Part shown: positions 1 through 12,949 of the stretch, one piece after another
Layout: every line of letters begins with the position of its first letter
How positions within the stretch are numbered: position 1 is the first letter of the stretch
Origin: Malacoraja senta
Taxonomy: Eukaryota
NCBI GenBank assembly: GCA_038087875.1
Contig: CM075980.1
Span: forward strand, 12,028,001-12,092,000
Reading direction: 5' to 3'
DNA length: 64,000 nucleotides
The notes under the pieces: model-generated
Told to the model about the DNA's origin: nothing
Databases searched by the model: none
What the model saw: the letters and a program-made list of their open reading frames with translations, nothing else
Made by a program: the position numbers and the translations under genes

Positions 1-450
1 CAACTTGATGTGGCAACTGCTCTGCCCAAGACAGCAAGAAATTGCAGAGAGTAGTGGACGCAGCCCAGTCCATCACGCAAACCAGCTTCCCGCTCCACTC
101 AATAGACAGCGATGCCTCGGAAGAGCAGTCAACCTAATCAAGGACTACTCACACCCAGGTCGTTCTCTCCTCTTCCCTCTCCCGTTGGGCAGGGGATACA
201 AAAGCTTGAATGCAGGTACCACCAGCTTCTTCCTTACTGTTATCAGACTCTTAATCCGACCTCTCACATGCCAAGGATGAATTCCTAATCTCCCTCAATG
301 AGCCCCCTGAACATTTTTTAACTACTCTTTTTCTGTAGCGGTAACACTACATTTTGCATTCTCTTTTGCACTATTATGATGGTGAGATTTACTTAGATAG
401 CATGCAAAACAACGCTTTTGGTACATGTGATAATAAACCAATACTAAATT
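1..450 (+). mobile_element. Rex1/Babar-type LINE 3' fragment
   Basis: IKDYSHPGRSLLFPLPLGRGYKSL C-terminal motif; tail tacatgtgataataaaccaatac. Confidence 0.75.
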
Positions 451-659
451 ATACCCGAGAAAGTCAAATGGACTTTAAAGTTGAGCAGTGCTCACGGATC
501 ATAACAATGAAATAGCTGTAAATATTCAGATTAAACTCTTGTGGGTATGAACAGAAGCTAGCTGACCAGAGCATCATTAGTTTTGGCTTTTGTCATTTTC
601 TAGATATTTTCTATTTGAAGCAGATAGAAGAATAAGGATATAATATATTGGCTTTCAGA

Positions 660-1560
660 AATCAAAAGATAAAGATCCCACATAATGTTGTCCAAAATGT
701 TGCAACACTTGGTATTGAAGGCAAATTATTAATCTGGGCATGATATTCTTTCAGCAGCAGGACCTACAGATAATAATACTCAAATTGGCAGGGTTTAACT
801 TGCGTCAGAGACTTTGTTGGAGCCACAACTAGTCTGTGTTTACAAACGACAGGTGATGGGACAAAGTTCCTATCCAAGTTTACCAATGATGCTTAGCAAG
901 CCATTAAACAGAAGCAATAAATTACAGAGACATTAACAAATAGAGAAAACTATGCTAAACACACATTCATGCAGGTAAAGGAAGTCCCACACTTTTGACC
1001 TAAAAACAGAACTACCTTTTCTAAAAGTGGCAAATCTCCAAAGAAATGGGACATCTAGAGATTCTGAAGCCAGGCAGGTGGGAGGGGAAGTAGATTAAAG
1101 TGTCACCGATAGGTACATGCAAAGCTTAGGTGGCCGTTGAAGTAAAATGAAACATATCAGGCTAATATTATGCTAAAGTTAGACCAGGCCCCCAATACTG
1201 GGAGCAATTCCTTATGCAGAAGTTCTGCACACCTTGGAGGGATTAATAATATGCAGATCAGAGTTAAATTACGAAACACAGTTGCAATGCCTGGAAGCAT
1301 AGTTTTAAAGGGTGTATTGACTGATGTTGAGAAATACTAAGGGGAAGGCAAGGCAGGTGGGAAGATATTTCTGTTGTTGGGGAATCTAAGACTTCTGGGT
1401 ATCAGAGTGAAGTCTTCCTGACAAAGAGTGATTAAATACTTCTACAGGAAGAAAAAGATGGACATTGGAACTCATCAATTGTTGCTATGTCATATTAATG
1501 TTTGATAACCAAAAAGATATTAAGGAATGAAGAAAAAGTTAGACTAGCCTGGATTTCATT
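660..1560 (+). mobile_element. Highly decayed CR1-type LINE fragment
   Basis: Patchy similarity to the younger CR1/HER1 RT and 3' UTR copies in this window. Confidence 0.5.
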
Positions 1561-1589
1561 AAATAGTAAGATTTTGTTCTCCACCATTG

Positions 1590-3597
1590 ACAGGTTACTA
1601 GATTCTGCTTCAACCCCTGATTTTTTAAGCCAAGCTTCTGCTGAAAAATGAGCTGTTTGCCAATTATTTTAAAGATAAGGTTCAGACTATCAGAGCTGGT
1701 ATCCCTTTAGATTCTATTGCCCTCTGCTGCCAACCTCGTAAGGCTCAGGCAAAAATGAGCAGTTTCATAAGTATTTCTACCTCAGAACTTAGGAAAGTTT
1801 TGGCTGAGAGTAAATCCACTTCCTGTCATTTCGACGCGGTTCCTACAAAGTTTTTAAAGAATTTCTCTAACAGTTTATCCTGTTTTGTTCTTACAATTAT
1901 AACCATTTCTCTTGAGACTGGTATTTTCCCAGATGCCTATAAAACCGTGTCGTAAAGCCTCTGTTAAAGAAACCAAATTTAGACAGTGGACTACTGAGTA
2001 ATTACAGACCCATATCAAATCTACCCTTTTTCAGCAAGGTACTGGAGAACGTGGTATTCAGCCAAATACAACACTTTCTGAATCAAAATAACATTTTAGA
2101 GACATTTCAATCTGGTTTCATAGCAAATTACAGCACTGAGACTGCCCTGATAAAAATAGTCAGTGACCTTAGAGTTAGCACGGACGAGGACAAGTCTCAG
2201 TGCTGATCCTCTTAGACCTCACAGCAGCTTTTGACACCATAGATCACAGTATTCTTATAGATCACCTAGAAAACTGGGTCGGCCTGTCAGATCAGGTACT
2301 ACGTTGGTTCCAATCATATATAAGTTGAAGGAAGTACTTTGTTAGCCTTGGGGACTATGTGTCACAGCTGCACGATATACCCTTTGGTGCAGCACAAGGT
2401 AGCCCATTACTTGGCCCATTACTCTTTTCCTTGTATATGCTGCTGCTAGGAGGAGTTATCAGACAGCAACATGTAAATTTTCTAAGTTATGCCGATTACA
2501 CTCAGTTATACCTCTGTCAAACCCACTGATGCAAAAGTCTCAAGTTCTTTGACCTCCTGCCTATTTTCCATTCAAAAAAATGGATGAATGCTAACTTTCT
2601 TAAACTCAACAATGACAAGACTGAAATTTCATTACTTGGATCAAAACTCAAGAGAGATGTTACTCGGTAAACTGGGAAATCTGACTGCCTATGTTAAACA
2701 AGAAGTCACAACCCTAGAGGGAAAAAATTGAAAATGATCTTAATCTCACATAAATAAGGTAACAAAGTGTGCCTTCTAGCGCCTCAGAAATATTGCTAAA
2801 GTTTAGCCTTTCTTAACAACATGACTGTAAAAAACTCATACATGCTTCCATATCAAGCAGACTTGATTACTGTAATGCCTTATTTACTGCCTTCAAAATC
2901 CACCAACAAGTTACAGCTCATTCAAAACGCTGCAGCCCGGCTTTTACCAAACACCAAGAAAAGGAAGCATATCACCCCAGTATTATACTCCCTTCGAGAT
3001 CCAGGATAGAATAAAGTCTACCTTCTTGTCTATAAAGCCCAAAATGGCTTAGGAGCAGCATATTTTACGGAGTCCCTCCTTTTCTGTGCCCCTATTCGAG
3101 CGGTCAAGTCTTCTGATGCTGGCCTGTTAGCCTCTCAATGCCGCAGCAATAAGAAAATTGGTGAAGCAGCCTTTTTAAATTACGCCCCCAAGCGGTGGAA
3201 TACCCTACCCAGACGCCCACTCAGTTGACATTTTTAAACGGCAGTTAAAAACTTATCTTTTCAATCAAGCTTTTAACTGATTTTACTTCTTCTGATGACA
3301 TTGTAAAAATTACCTTTATTCTCTTGTATTTATCTCAGCACACCCTTCAGCAGCTAGTGTGATATAGTAAATGGCACTGTGTATTTGACCAGTGTTTTTG
3401 TTTTTTTTGTCCTTTTACACTAATTCTTTTATTTTATTTTATATATATTTTATATAAATCTGTGCTTTATGTTATTAACTGTCTATGTCCTTACTGTTTT
3501 AAATTATATTTTTGTTTAGACCTGTGTTTTTGTGAAAAGCACTTTGGGTTACATTCAATTGTATGAAAAGTGCTATACAAATAAAGTTATTATTAAA
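1590..3597 (+). mobile_element. L2-clade LINE, 5'-truncated, RT pseudogene with 3' tail
   Basis: Frameshifted motifs [79 protein letters not shown]; tail aagtgctatacaaataaagttattatta. Confidence 0.92.
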
Positions 3598-3782
3598 TTT
3601 AAACAAACTCAAGGGCTTAAACAGCCTTCTCCAGCTTAGGTGGACTATAGTCAAAACCAGTAAAGTTACAATAGTTAAATACGTCAATATGGCAATTAGG
3701 GTCACATACAGTTAAACAGGAAGGCTCAATCCTTGGCAATTTGAGCGATTAGTTTGAAACGTGCACACAAGTTGATACTCAC

Positions 3783-3829
3783 TCACTGATGGCCGACAAC
3801 CAGGTCTCAGGTCCCACTTCACCTTCAGC
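3783..3829 (-). CDS. Small candidate exon of the same unidentified gene (AEGEVGPETWLSAIS in phase 0)
   Basis: Branch point and acceptor ctgacctttattctatgtccacag|G; tandem donors CA|gtga|gtgagt, giving an end at 3787 or 3783. Confidence 0.5.
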
Positions 3830-3919
3830 CTGTGGACATAGAATAAAGGTCAGTGAACCGTAAGACGGCTCCAGCTTCACACAACTGCATCCATCCCACG
3901 TGTAGAGAGCTCCCCATCA

Positions 3920-4110
3920 AAGATAGATAGATAGATAAACATTTATTGTCACATACACCAATTGGTGCAGTGAAATTTGACTTGCCATGCAGCACACAAA
4001 TAAAGATAACATCCAAGAATTTAACAACATAAAAACACCCCCCTACAATGGTTCCCACTGTGGGGGAAGGCAGCAAAGTCCAGTCCCATCCCCAGTTCAC
4101 CCATAGTCAC
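3920..4110 (-). mobile_element. 3' end of a composite non-autonomous retroelement with (TATC)n tail
   Basis: Shared core gccttcccccacagtgg; tail gtgacaataaatgtttatctatctatct. Confidence 0.65.
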
Positions 4111-4729
4111 CCAAAGATAATACATCTTTCCCAGGAATTATACCTGGCAGTAGAAGAATTGAGCCATTTCTACTACTGGCTCACATTTTAGATACAGTAT
4201 TATTGCACCCGATCCAGTCAAAATCCTGGTTTGTGATTAGATGCCCAAAACAGAGGCTTTGAGCGAGATGAGGTGGCTTGATATTTGTTGAAGATGGCTA
4301 TTGGCCGGCATTGTGGTGCAAATGTCATACTTCATTTAACCACCAATGCCTGAATGTTTGTCCAGGTCTTTCTACAGACTGTTTTATGTTAGAAAGTACT
4401 CATGAAAGGAGTGGAAATGGCGCAATTGGCTCGCATTCACTTCTGGATGTCATCTTAATGCTACTTCTGGGATCATCCTACATGCAGTTTTGATTGCCAA
4501 AGCTTCCCACATCGGAACAGTAGATAAAGTTTCAGAAGTACTCTTCCAATGTTTATCGACTTGCGACAGGACATTCTGAAGTATTTTCCCTGCAACTAGC
4601 TCACAGTTCAGTGGGCATATGGATGATGTGGAAAATAAATACGGATGTGCAGATTGTTCCAATTGGATTGCGATCCAGGCAGGACGACAAGGGGTTAAAT
4701 AAACACTGTTCCACCACCCAACACCAGTT

Positions 4730-5020
4730 GTAAGAGAACAAAAAAAATACTGCTGGAGGAATCTAGCAGGTCGAGCAGCATATGAAGGAGAAAGGAATGG
4801 TCGACGTTTAGGGTCAGGACCCTGCACTGGAGAGGGAGTAGAGAGTGAAGATAGCCAGTATCAGAGGGGCTGGGCAAGACCAAGGACAGCAGGTAATTGT
4901 GTAAGAAAAAACTGCAGATGCTGGTTTAAATCGAAGGTAGACACAAAATGCCGGAGTAACTCAGAGATGCTGCCTCACCCGCTGAGTTACTCCAGCATTT
5001 TGTGTCTCCCTTCGACAGCA
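4730..5020. repeat. Penelope terminal-repeat-derived palindromic elements (two nested or partial copies)
   Basis: Family motifs actgcagatgctggtttaaa, gtagacacaaaatgc, gctgagttactccagcattttgtgtct. Confidence 0.7.
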
Positions 5021-5944
5021 GGTAATTGATGGATCGAGGAGGGGCAAAGGATGACAGACAGATGGAGCCATGTGGGAGGCACAGAGTAACAAGGGAAACA
5101 GCACAACTTTTAGAATAGATATTCAATAAATTTTAAACACTGGGTTGAAAATAAGTAGCATTTCAAGTTAGTAATCTGAAAATAGTTCAAAACTATTTTA
5201 TCTTTTTCTGTGCTTGGCAAATTGTGTCCTTTTCCCAACTTGATCACAAAAAAAACACAAAGTGCTCAGCAAGTCAGGCAGTGTCTGTGGAGAGTGAAAC
5301 AGTGAGGTCAATAAACTTTCACAGGCATTTCTAGCATCTTCTGCTTTCACGTCATATTTCTAGTATCTGCAGTATTTTGCTGTTGGATTACACACAGCAG
5401 TAAGTGATCTCTTTAAAACTCGAGGCCCTGATGGGGCTTGATAGGGTAATACCATGAGCACATTATTACTCCTAATTTTGGGAGGTGTCCAGAAATGCGG
5501 CAGAGACTCAGGATGAAATGTAAAACAATCAGACAGAGTGATGAGGATTTTTTCTCACGGGTGTAGCTCTGAAGGACACACCCCTCTGAGGTAGCAAATT
5601 CTAGAGGTATTAGGCACAGGGCAAAAATATGACACTGAAAACAAAACAAATAGAAACACCAGATACAATCTTAAAGAATGGCAGAGCTAGCTTGAGGTCA
5701 CGGGGCCTACTCCTCTATTTTTGATTATGATCTGGACAGAAAGTTTGCTCTATATCAATTCATTCCAACATCTCAATCTGGTATCCTCTGCAACCTTCCC
5801 AGGGTCATCTAATCCTTCCTATTGTTGGGATCTAAAACTAACAATGTCAGCCCAACCCAATCACACCCATACCGACCATTCAGTCCTGGGCCTCCTCCAT
5901 TACCATGAGGAGCAGCACCTCACATCCAGAAAACAAGTTTGTAC

Positions 5945-6345
5945 ATTATAGAAGCAGAATTAGACCATCTGGCCCATCAAGTCCACTCCACTATTCAATC
6001 ATGGCTGATCTATCTTTCCCTCTCAACCCCATTCTCCTACTTTCATTTTATAACCCTGACACCCTTACTAATCAAGAATCTGTCAATCTTCCGCCTTAAA
6101 AAATATCCATTGACTTCCTCCACGGCCATCTGTGGCAATGAATTCCACAGATTCACCACCCTCGGACTAAAGAAATTCCTCCTCATCTCCTTTGGTCCCT
6201 GGTCCTAGACTCTCCCACCAGTACAAATCTTCTCTCCACATTAACTCTATCCAGGTCTTTCACTATTCGGTAAGTTTCAATGAGGTCGGTCCCCCCCCCC
6301 CCCCCAACTCATCCTTCTAAACTCCAGCGAGTTCAGGTCTAGTGC
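5945..6345 (-). mobile_element. HER1/CR1 LINE 3' fragment inserted in a Penelope endonuclease remnant (about 5760-5945)
   Basis: Reverse complement of the 41975-42477 type tail; left flank resembles the 50748-50939 GIY-YIG segment. Confidence 0.8.
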
Positions 6346-7942
6346 TGTTACTGCTGGAGCCTTATTGTTTGCCCATTATATGGTCTGGTTATCTTCATCA
6401 TTGCCTCTCTTCAGCTTTCCAATCACCTAAATCTCCAAAGACAACAATATTTTGTGCCTGCTGTTACTTCACAAGAACCAATTGTCACCCAGCAGTTGCT
6501 GCATTTGGAGCTAGTTTACAAGTTGCACTTTCATTCATCTCAAAGTCCAGTGAAGGAATGAAGGTAACTTAAAAACTAACGGTGATTATAAGAAGAAAGT
6601 TACAAAATGTTTCCCAGACCAAAACATTGATTTGTTTGTCCATTAACATTCTACCTCAGGGCAATAGCTGGTCAGTCGCTTACCTGCTTCGCCCTTTAAT
6701 AAAACATGGCATATCAGATTATAAATACAACTCTACACTCCCATCTACTGGTAAACGTCCACCACACCCCACTCGCTCATCAAGAATCTGCCTCAAATGC
6801 TTAGAGACTCTACTCCCTTGCCTTTGAAGAATAACATTTAAATGGTTCAGCAAAGAAAAATGTCCTTCATCTGTTTTAAATGGGCACCCTCTTATTTTTT
6901 AAGCATTGACCTTGTAAAGGACAGGCACATAAACTGGTCAAGCCAAATGCTGGGCAATTCCTTTCACTAGCTAAGACACAGGATGCAAGAGAAGGAAGGT
7001 TATACCAGGCTTAGTCATAGAGTCAAAGTGATACAGTGTGGAAACAGGCCATTTGGAGGAGATTTGCATGGGTACAGCCAGGACTGGAAGATCCACAATT
7101 GAAGCAAAGCTACAGAACTCCCCATATATTCTTCATCAAAATGTCCAGAGACACTCAGTCTTCCCTCTAGTGGTTGGGAGGGGGTGAGATGGTGGTGGGG
7201 AGAAGGGAGGTGGTTTGAAGGTGGGTAAAAAAATTGCCCATTAAAGCAACTTGCTGTGGAGAAAGATAATCAAGAGGGAGAGGAAAGGGTCACTAGCGTT
7301 CTCAGTTGACTCAGCTATCTTATCTAAATCTTAGGGATGAGGAAAATGCAAATAGATCAGTTAAAAACACAGGCAAGAGATAGGTGCCTGTAGACTTCAA
7401 GTTTTCACTCTGGGTACAGAAGTTGAATCAAATTATATTACATTCTTGCTTTGATTCCAGTACACCAGATTTTAAATGGATTAGTGTGGCTGCAGGGGTA
7501 AGTTACGAAATCCAAGTTAAAAAAAGTAGCCGTTGGGAAACAAAATAAAACTCTGGAGATTATGACATAAACTCAGGACAGTCAACACATCCCAGTACGT
7601 GAAACAAGTAAGCAAAGATCTTCGCTAAACAGAGGGCTGGCAAGGATCAGTTTAACCATGAAAAGACATTCCTTCTAAACCATTAAACATTAATCCCAAA
7701 AGATCAATGCGTGAAAATGAAAGGTCACGCATCAGTACAGGAGCCAGACAGGTCAGAAGGCACGTGTAAATGAGAGTAAGAAGTATAAGCAAGCAGATAA
7801 AACTATAGGATCTTTGGATAAAACGATGCCAGAAGTAGTTTACTGAAGGGTAGAACGGCGTCACCTACTTAGGATCAAAAGAAACATTTAGTTATTTTTT
7901 TCTTAGTAGTTAATTAATTAATAATGAGATTATTAACTGGGA

Positions 7943-8245
7943 GGTACGGTGGCACAGCGGTAGAGTTGCTGCCATACAGTGCCAGAGGCCCAGGTTTGAT
8001 CCTGACTACAGGTGCTGATTGTACGGAGTTTGTACGTTCTGCTTGTGACCGCGTGGATTTTCCCTGGGAGCTCAGATTTCCTCCCACACTCCAAAGACCT
8101 ACGGGTTTGTAGGCAAATTGGCTTGATAAAAAATGGTAAATTGTCCCTAGTGTGTGTAGGATACTGTTCCTGTGTGGGGATCGCTAGTCGGCGTGGACTC
8201 AATGGGCCAAAGGGCCTGTTTCTGCGCTGTATCTCTAAATGAAAC
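7943..8245 (+). mobile_element. tRNA-derived V-SINE (HE1-like), near full length
   Basis: A-box ggtggcacagcggt, B-box ggtttgatcc, V-domain ggagtttgtacgttct...tttcctcccacactccaaagac, and a CR1-derived tail. Confidence 0.88.
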
Positions 8246-10109
8246 TATTGGATGTGTGCCCATGTGCATAAAAACTGCCGAAAATCCTTGTTCTGATGGA
8301 AGTTCTCTGCTCTGAAATGTAAAATGTTTTAATCTCAAAAATGCTAATTGATCGGTCATGTTTTTGCAGCTTTAAAAATAATTTCCTTCACTCTTCCACC
8401 ATTCGTCATATTTTGTTTTTGTTTTGCAAAGCTGGCGCAGAGCACAACAGGTGTCCAGAAAGGACAGAAGAATGGTGGCTTTATCTCAGATGGAGTGCAA
8501 TGGAGGAAGTTGTGCAGTCAGATTATCTGCAGTACATCCAGTTCTAGGCATCGCACCTCAGCAAAGCTACAATGGCCAGAAATGGTCTGCGCTACAGATT
8601 CCTAGAATGATACAAAAGCACGAGATTAGACAGATTACAACCCATTCCCTCGGGTTTAGATGGCGAATTAATAGAAAAACTGAGGTGGAAGAAATTTGCA
8701 GCAAAGTGGAATAATTCTCAAACTAGAGCCAAGAACAAAACTAGGATGACCGTTTCAGATAGAGACTGTACAAATTTGATCCTCTGTTCTTCCAAAAGGT
8801 TGCAGACGCAGGTCAAACCATAAATTAACGTTATAGGAGGAGAATTAGGCCATTCGGCCCATCAAGTCTACTCCGCCATTCAATCATTCCCTCTCAACCC
8901 CAATTCTCCTGCCTTCTCTGCGTAACCCCTGACACCCGTACTAATCAAGTGATTGGTGATTGAATTATTTTACTCTACGTTAAAGTTAAGAATAATAAAT
9001 GCTCCTTCGACAATAAGCTTATAACTGCTGGATATACTTTGCACAGAGCATTCTCAAGACAAATTTATGTCAGCAGATATTGTTTATGTTACCGTGGAGC
9101 ATTTTCCAAATGTTATTTTGAACGATGGAGCACTTCTGAAGTTTATTGGACTGGATTATCTGTATGGCCCCAACTTTTATTTGTTCAATGGCGAGAACAC
9201 ATTTTCATGACTTTATTTGGCACAACCAAGAATGAAAAGATTTGTACTTTATAAACTACAATTGAGGGATTGCCTTTTTGGGTAGGTTTGTTGACCACGG
9301 CATTGCACCTACCCCCAATAATTTTGATCTCCATCACCAACCTGGTGCGTTTTGAGAGTTAATTTTGAATTGTCTTGTCTATTTTCTGGATGTCATGTCC
9401 ATCCCATATTGCATCATGCCCCTATCATTGTTACACTTATCAAGCTTCTCTTTTCCTTATTCATTGAAACGGCGAAAATTAAGAATAGCTTATGATAGGT
9501 CCACATCAGCTTACAATATCCTTTTACAAACATGTATGCAGCCAAACCCTTGCTTTTCAGATTTATCAACTGAATCATGTTCCTCTTTGTGACTTGCAAC
9601 ACATGCTGGTCAGGTCGTCCCAGAAGAATTGATAGGGTGTGGGGGCACGCAAAGATGAGGGGCCAAGATGGTAATTGAGATACAGAGCAGGTTAAGTGCC
9701 CAAACACACGGCTTCCATCTGTTCACATTCAACTTCATTCCCACCCATACAAATTTATATCGGCACGGATGGATATAGGGAGGGGGATAAGAATGGGCAG
9801 AAGGGGTAAATTGGCTGTAACAAGATACAAGCAACTTAACACCACACTGCCCTGTGAAGCGGTTGGAAACAAGACCATTGTAAGTGTAAACGTCCTACAT
9901 CCAACCTGATCAGATCCTGCTTTTTGCAAGTGCCAAAGCCTCCAATTACAACAGGATAGTCTTTGGTACAAAGGAAGTTTAGAGAAACTTGTGTACATGC
10001 TGGTTCGCCCAAGTCACTGTTCCGCCAGACCTCCCAGAAGACAAAAGACAAGACCAACACAACCAAGCTCCAACTACTCCTGCTCACTGCAGTCGGGTCG
10101 GGTTCTCAC

Positions 10110-10837
10110 CTGGTTACTGCCTGGATTCCCAACTGATTGTGGCCTGCTCTGCCGAACTAGAGAGTGGTTCTTCCCCACTGCCCCTGCTCTCTTCCTCTGC
10201 TCCAATCCAAATTCCCTGGAAAACTTTGCACTCGCTTGCTTCCTGCGGTTAACACGAGACTCCGATCTTCCTTCGCCCTCGGCCAGCAGCTCGCTCTTCC
10301 TGGGTTTGAGATTGTGTCTGCTGTTCCCGCTGACTGGTGATCCGACTAGCCCGATGTTCGCTACCCTGCGGTAGTTCAGTTTACGGACCGTCCGCCCGCT
10401 GGTCTTGAGGCTGTGGGTTCGGGGCACGGGTGCTGGGTCAAGGGGCTTGCACTGGACCGAGGTCCGGGTCACTCTCTTACACTGAAGGTCCTGGGGAAGG
10501 AGACGGAAAGCAGCCTCCGACAGGGATGCCTGCCGATCCCGCTCAACATGCCCATGGAGCTGGGGTGGGATACCTTGCGGCTGCAATGGCCTGTTAAGGA
10601 CAGGCATTCTGGTCACTCTCCTGCTCCGAAGTCTTATGTACAGCTCTTGTGCCAGGAGAAACGAGGCAGCGTCGGACGTGGGCAGCTGCTGCCCTCTGCT
10701 CACACCTCCGCCTACAATAGCTGAAAGCATGACCCCTGTAACTGGACGCAGACTTTGAGGATGTGGGGAGGCAGGACAGAGGGGGCTGAGGTTTACAACT
10801 CGTAGATGTTTTAGGCACTCATTTAAAACAGCAACAC
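10110..10837 (-). CDS. Large candidate coding exon of an unidentified gene (basic, Arg/Ser-rich, probably disordered)
   Basis: Acceptor ttttatttttttatag|GT and donor AACCAG|gtgaga; 728 nt open end to end (phase 1/0); GC- and CpG-richer than its flanks; no resemblance to the local repeat families. Confidence 0.72.
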
Positions 10838-10974
10838 CTATAAAAAAATAAAAATAAACTGTAGAATAACTTAAAATGCTTCCTCATTCTCTGCTAAGCA
10901 TTCTTTTACAAAAAAAACACATATACCCACCAGGACATGGCTAGAATTTCCAAAAGAACTAAAAGGACTAAAGG

Positions 10975-11420
10975 CACAAAATGTTGGAGCAACTCAGCAG
11001 GTCAGGCAGCATCCCTGTAGAACATGGATAGAGGACGTTTCGGGTTGGGACTCTTATTCAGATAGAATGCAAGGATGGGGCTGGGGGTAGGGGTAGGGGC
11101 TAGAAAGTTAGGAGGAGGGGCAGGACAAAGCATGGCAAGTCATAGGTCAGCACAGGCGAGGGGGATTTATGATAGGCAGATGGCTGGACAATGGCTAGAG
11201 ATGAAAAAACACCTAACCATGTTCTCCAGGGATGCTGCCTGACCCGCTGAGCTCCTGCATCACTGTTTTGTTTTGTAAACCAGCATCTGCAGTTCCTAGT
11301 TTCTACCAAGAACAAACCGCTGGAGGAACTCAGCAGGTGGAGCAGCATTTGTGGCGGGGGTGTGGGAGAAAGTGGGGAAATGTTGACGTTCAGGTCAAAA
11401 CCCTGCATGAGGACAGAGTG
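10975..11420. repeat. Penelope terminal-repeat-derived palindromic elements with a degenerate hammerhead core (11034-11061, minus)
   Basis: Inverted arms around a purine-rich spacer; core CTGAATA-AGAGTC-CC-AACCC-GAAA-CGTC. Confidence 0.72.
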
Positions 11421-12509
11421 GGGAGTAGGGGGCGGCACAGTGGTTCTGCAGGTGGCGGGGCTACCTCACAGCTACGAGGACTGGGTTTGATCCTGACTCC
11501 TGGTGCATCTGCATGGAGTTTGCATGTTCTCCCCGCGATTGCGTAGGTTTCCCCACATGCCATAGACACGTGGGTTTGCTCCAACATGCCATAGACACGT
11601 GGGTTGGTAGGATAACTGGCTCCAATGGCTCTCTTTGTCATTAGGAAATAACAATAAGCAGCAATACTTGGAATGTAACTAGCAATGAGAAACATTGGAT
11701 CAAAGGTAGTCAATGATGACCACTGATGGCCAATGTGAACCAGTTTCAGCCAATCTTGAGAAGTAAATTTACACAATTAACAGAACAGCGACAATTAATT
11801 TACCAGATCTCTAGATAATTACCGCACTGCTCGAGATACTGCGACTTGAACCCACAGATTTCCAAGGCCGAGTTCCAAATACCTGCTACCCATTGAGCCA
11901 AGCCTGGTGCTGCAGTGCCATCTTGCAGTAGAATGGACGGTTCTTCAATTACAATCCTCCAATAGATATCAGGCAAGGACCAGAACTGGGGAATGGAGGT
12001 GGGAAGAAGATGATCAGTTTGGAGAAAGCCACTCAGATCTGTATTGAGCTCGTCCCCGAGGTTTGCTTTCGCAACATGTAACAGCAAGACCAGGGACGAC
12101 CCCTCTACCCCAATTCAGTAATTTGCAAGGTGTAGGCATACTACATTTAGACAACCTGTTCAGCATCAATTGCAAGCAGACAAATTGAATCCTTATAAGG
12201 AAACACTCAACAGGTCAGCCGACAATTGCGGAGAGTTCAGGTCTAAACCAAAAATAGAAAATACTACAAACACTCAGGTCAGGCAGCATTTGCGGGAGAG
12301 AACCGGGGTTAAAACTTTGGGTCAACCATTTCCCTTTCTACAGATGCTGCTTGACTTGCTGTACATTACCAACACTCAATTTAAAAAAAAATCAGATTTT
12401 CAGCATCTGCACCTTTTTTGATTTTCATTCACATTTCAGATCAACGATCTTTTCACCAGACGCAGGCAGGCACTGATGAAACGATAACCCTTAAAGATAA
12501 ATTCCGATT

Positions 12510-12785
12510 CTCTCAGAATTAAAGGACGTTCTTTTAGGAAGGAGATGAGGAAGAATTTCTTTAGTCTGCGGGTGGTGAATCTGGAATTCATTGCCATAGA
12601 GGCTGTGGAGGCAAATTCTGTGAATATATTTAAGGCAGAGATAGATTCTTGATTAGTACAGGTGTCAGAGGTTATGGGGAGAAGGCAGGAGAATGGGGTT
12701 AGGAGGGAGAGATAGATCAGCCATGCTTGAATGGCAGAGTAGACCTGATGGGCCGAATGGCCTATTTCTACTCCTCTTATGATCT
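12510..12785 (+). mobile_element. HER1/CR1 LINE 3' end
   Basis: ctcagaattaaaggacgt...aaggcagagatagattcttgattagt...gggccgaatggcct. Confidence 0.85.
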
Positions 12786-12949
12786 TACGAAATGTGGAAA
12801 ACAGGCTACACCTAAGAACTAGTTTCATGTACACTTTTTAAACATCATCGCTTTCTAATTCCAAATAGTACAAAAACCTCCAGAGAGCCAAATTAATGTG
12901 TTCAAATCCAAATTAATTAGTGTTCTATTAACTTGATCAAGTTTTTTTT

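Noticed and set aside
6675-6700. Perfect minus-strand donor CAG|gtaagc suggesting a micro-exon
   Set aside because: It lies within a decayed CR1-type 3' tail with no convincing acceptor or frame.
7943-8010. tRNA-like A/B boxes (repeated in many copies)
   Set aside because: These are SINE heads continuing into the V-domain and LINE tail, with no complete cloverleaf.
10110-10837. Naming the unknown gene from human synteny (YWHAH, DEPDC5, PRR14L) or from RVTR similarity to KAT7
   Set aside because: The translation does not match those proteins as I recall them, so no symbol is assigned.
11555-11605. 22-nt direct repeat ACATGCCATAGACACGTGGGTT
   Set aside because: A local duplication inside a V-SINE with only two copies.
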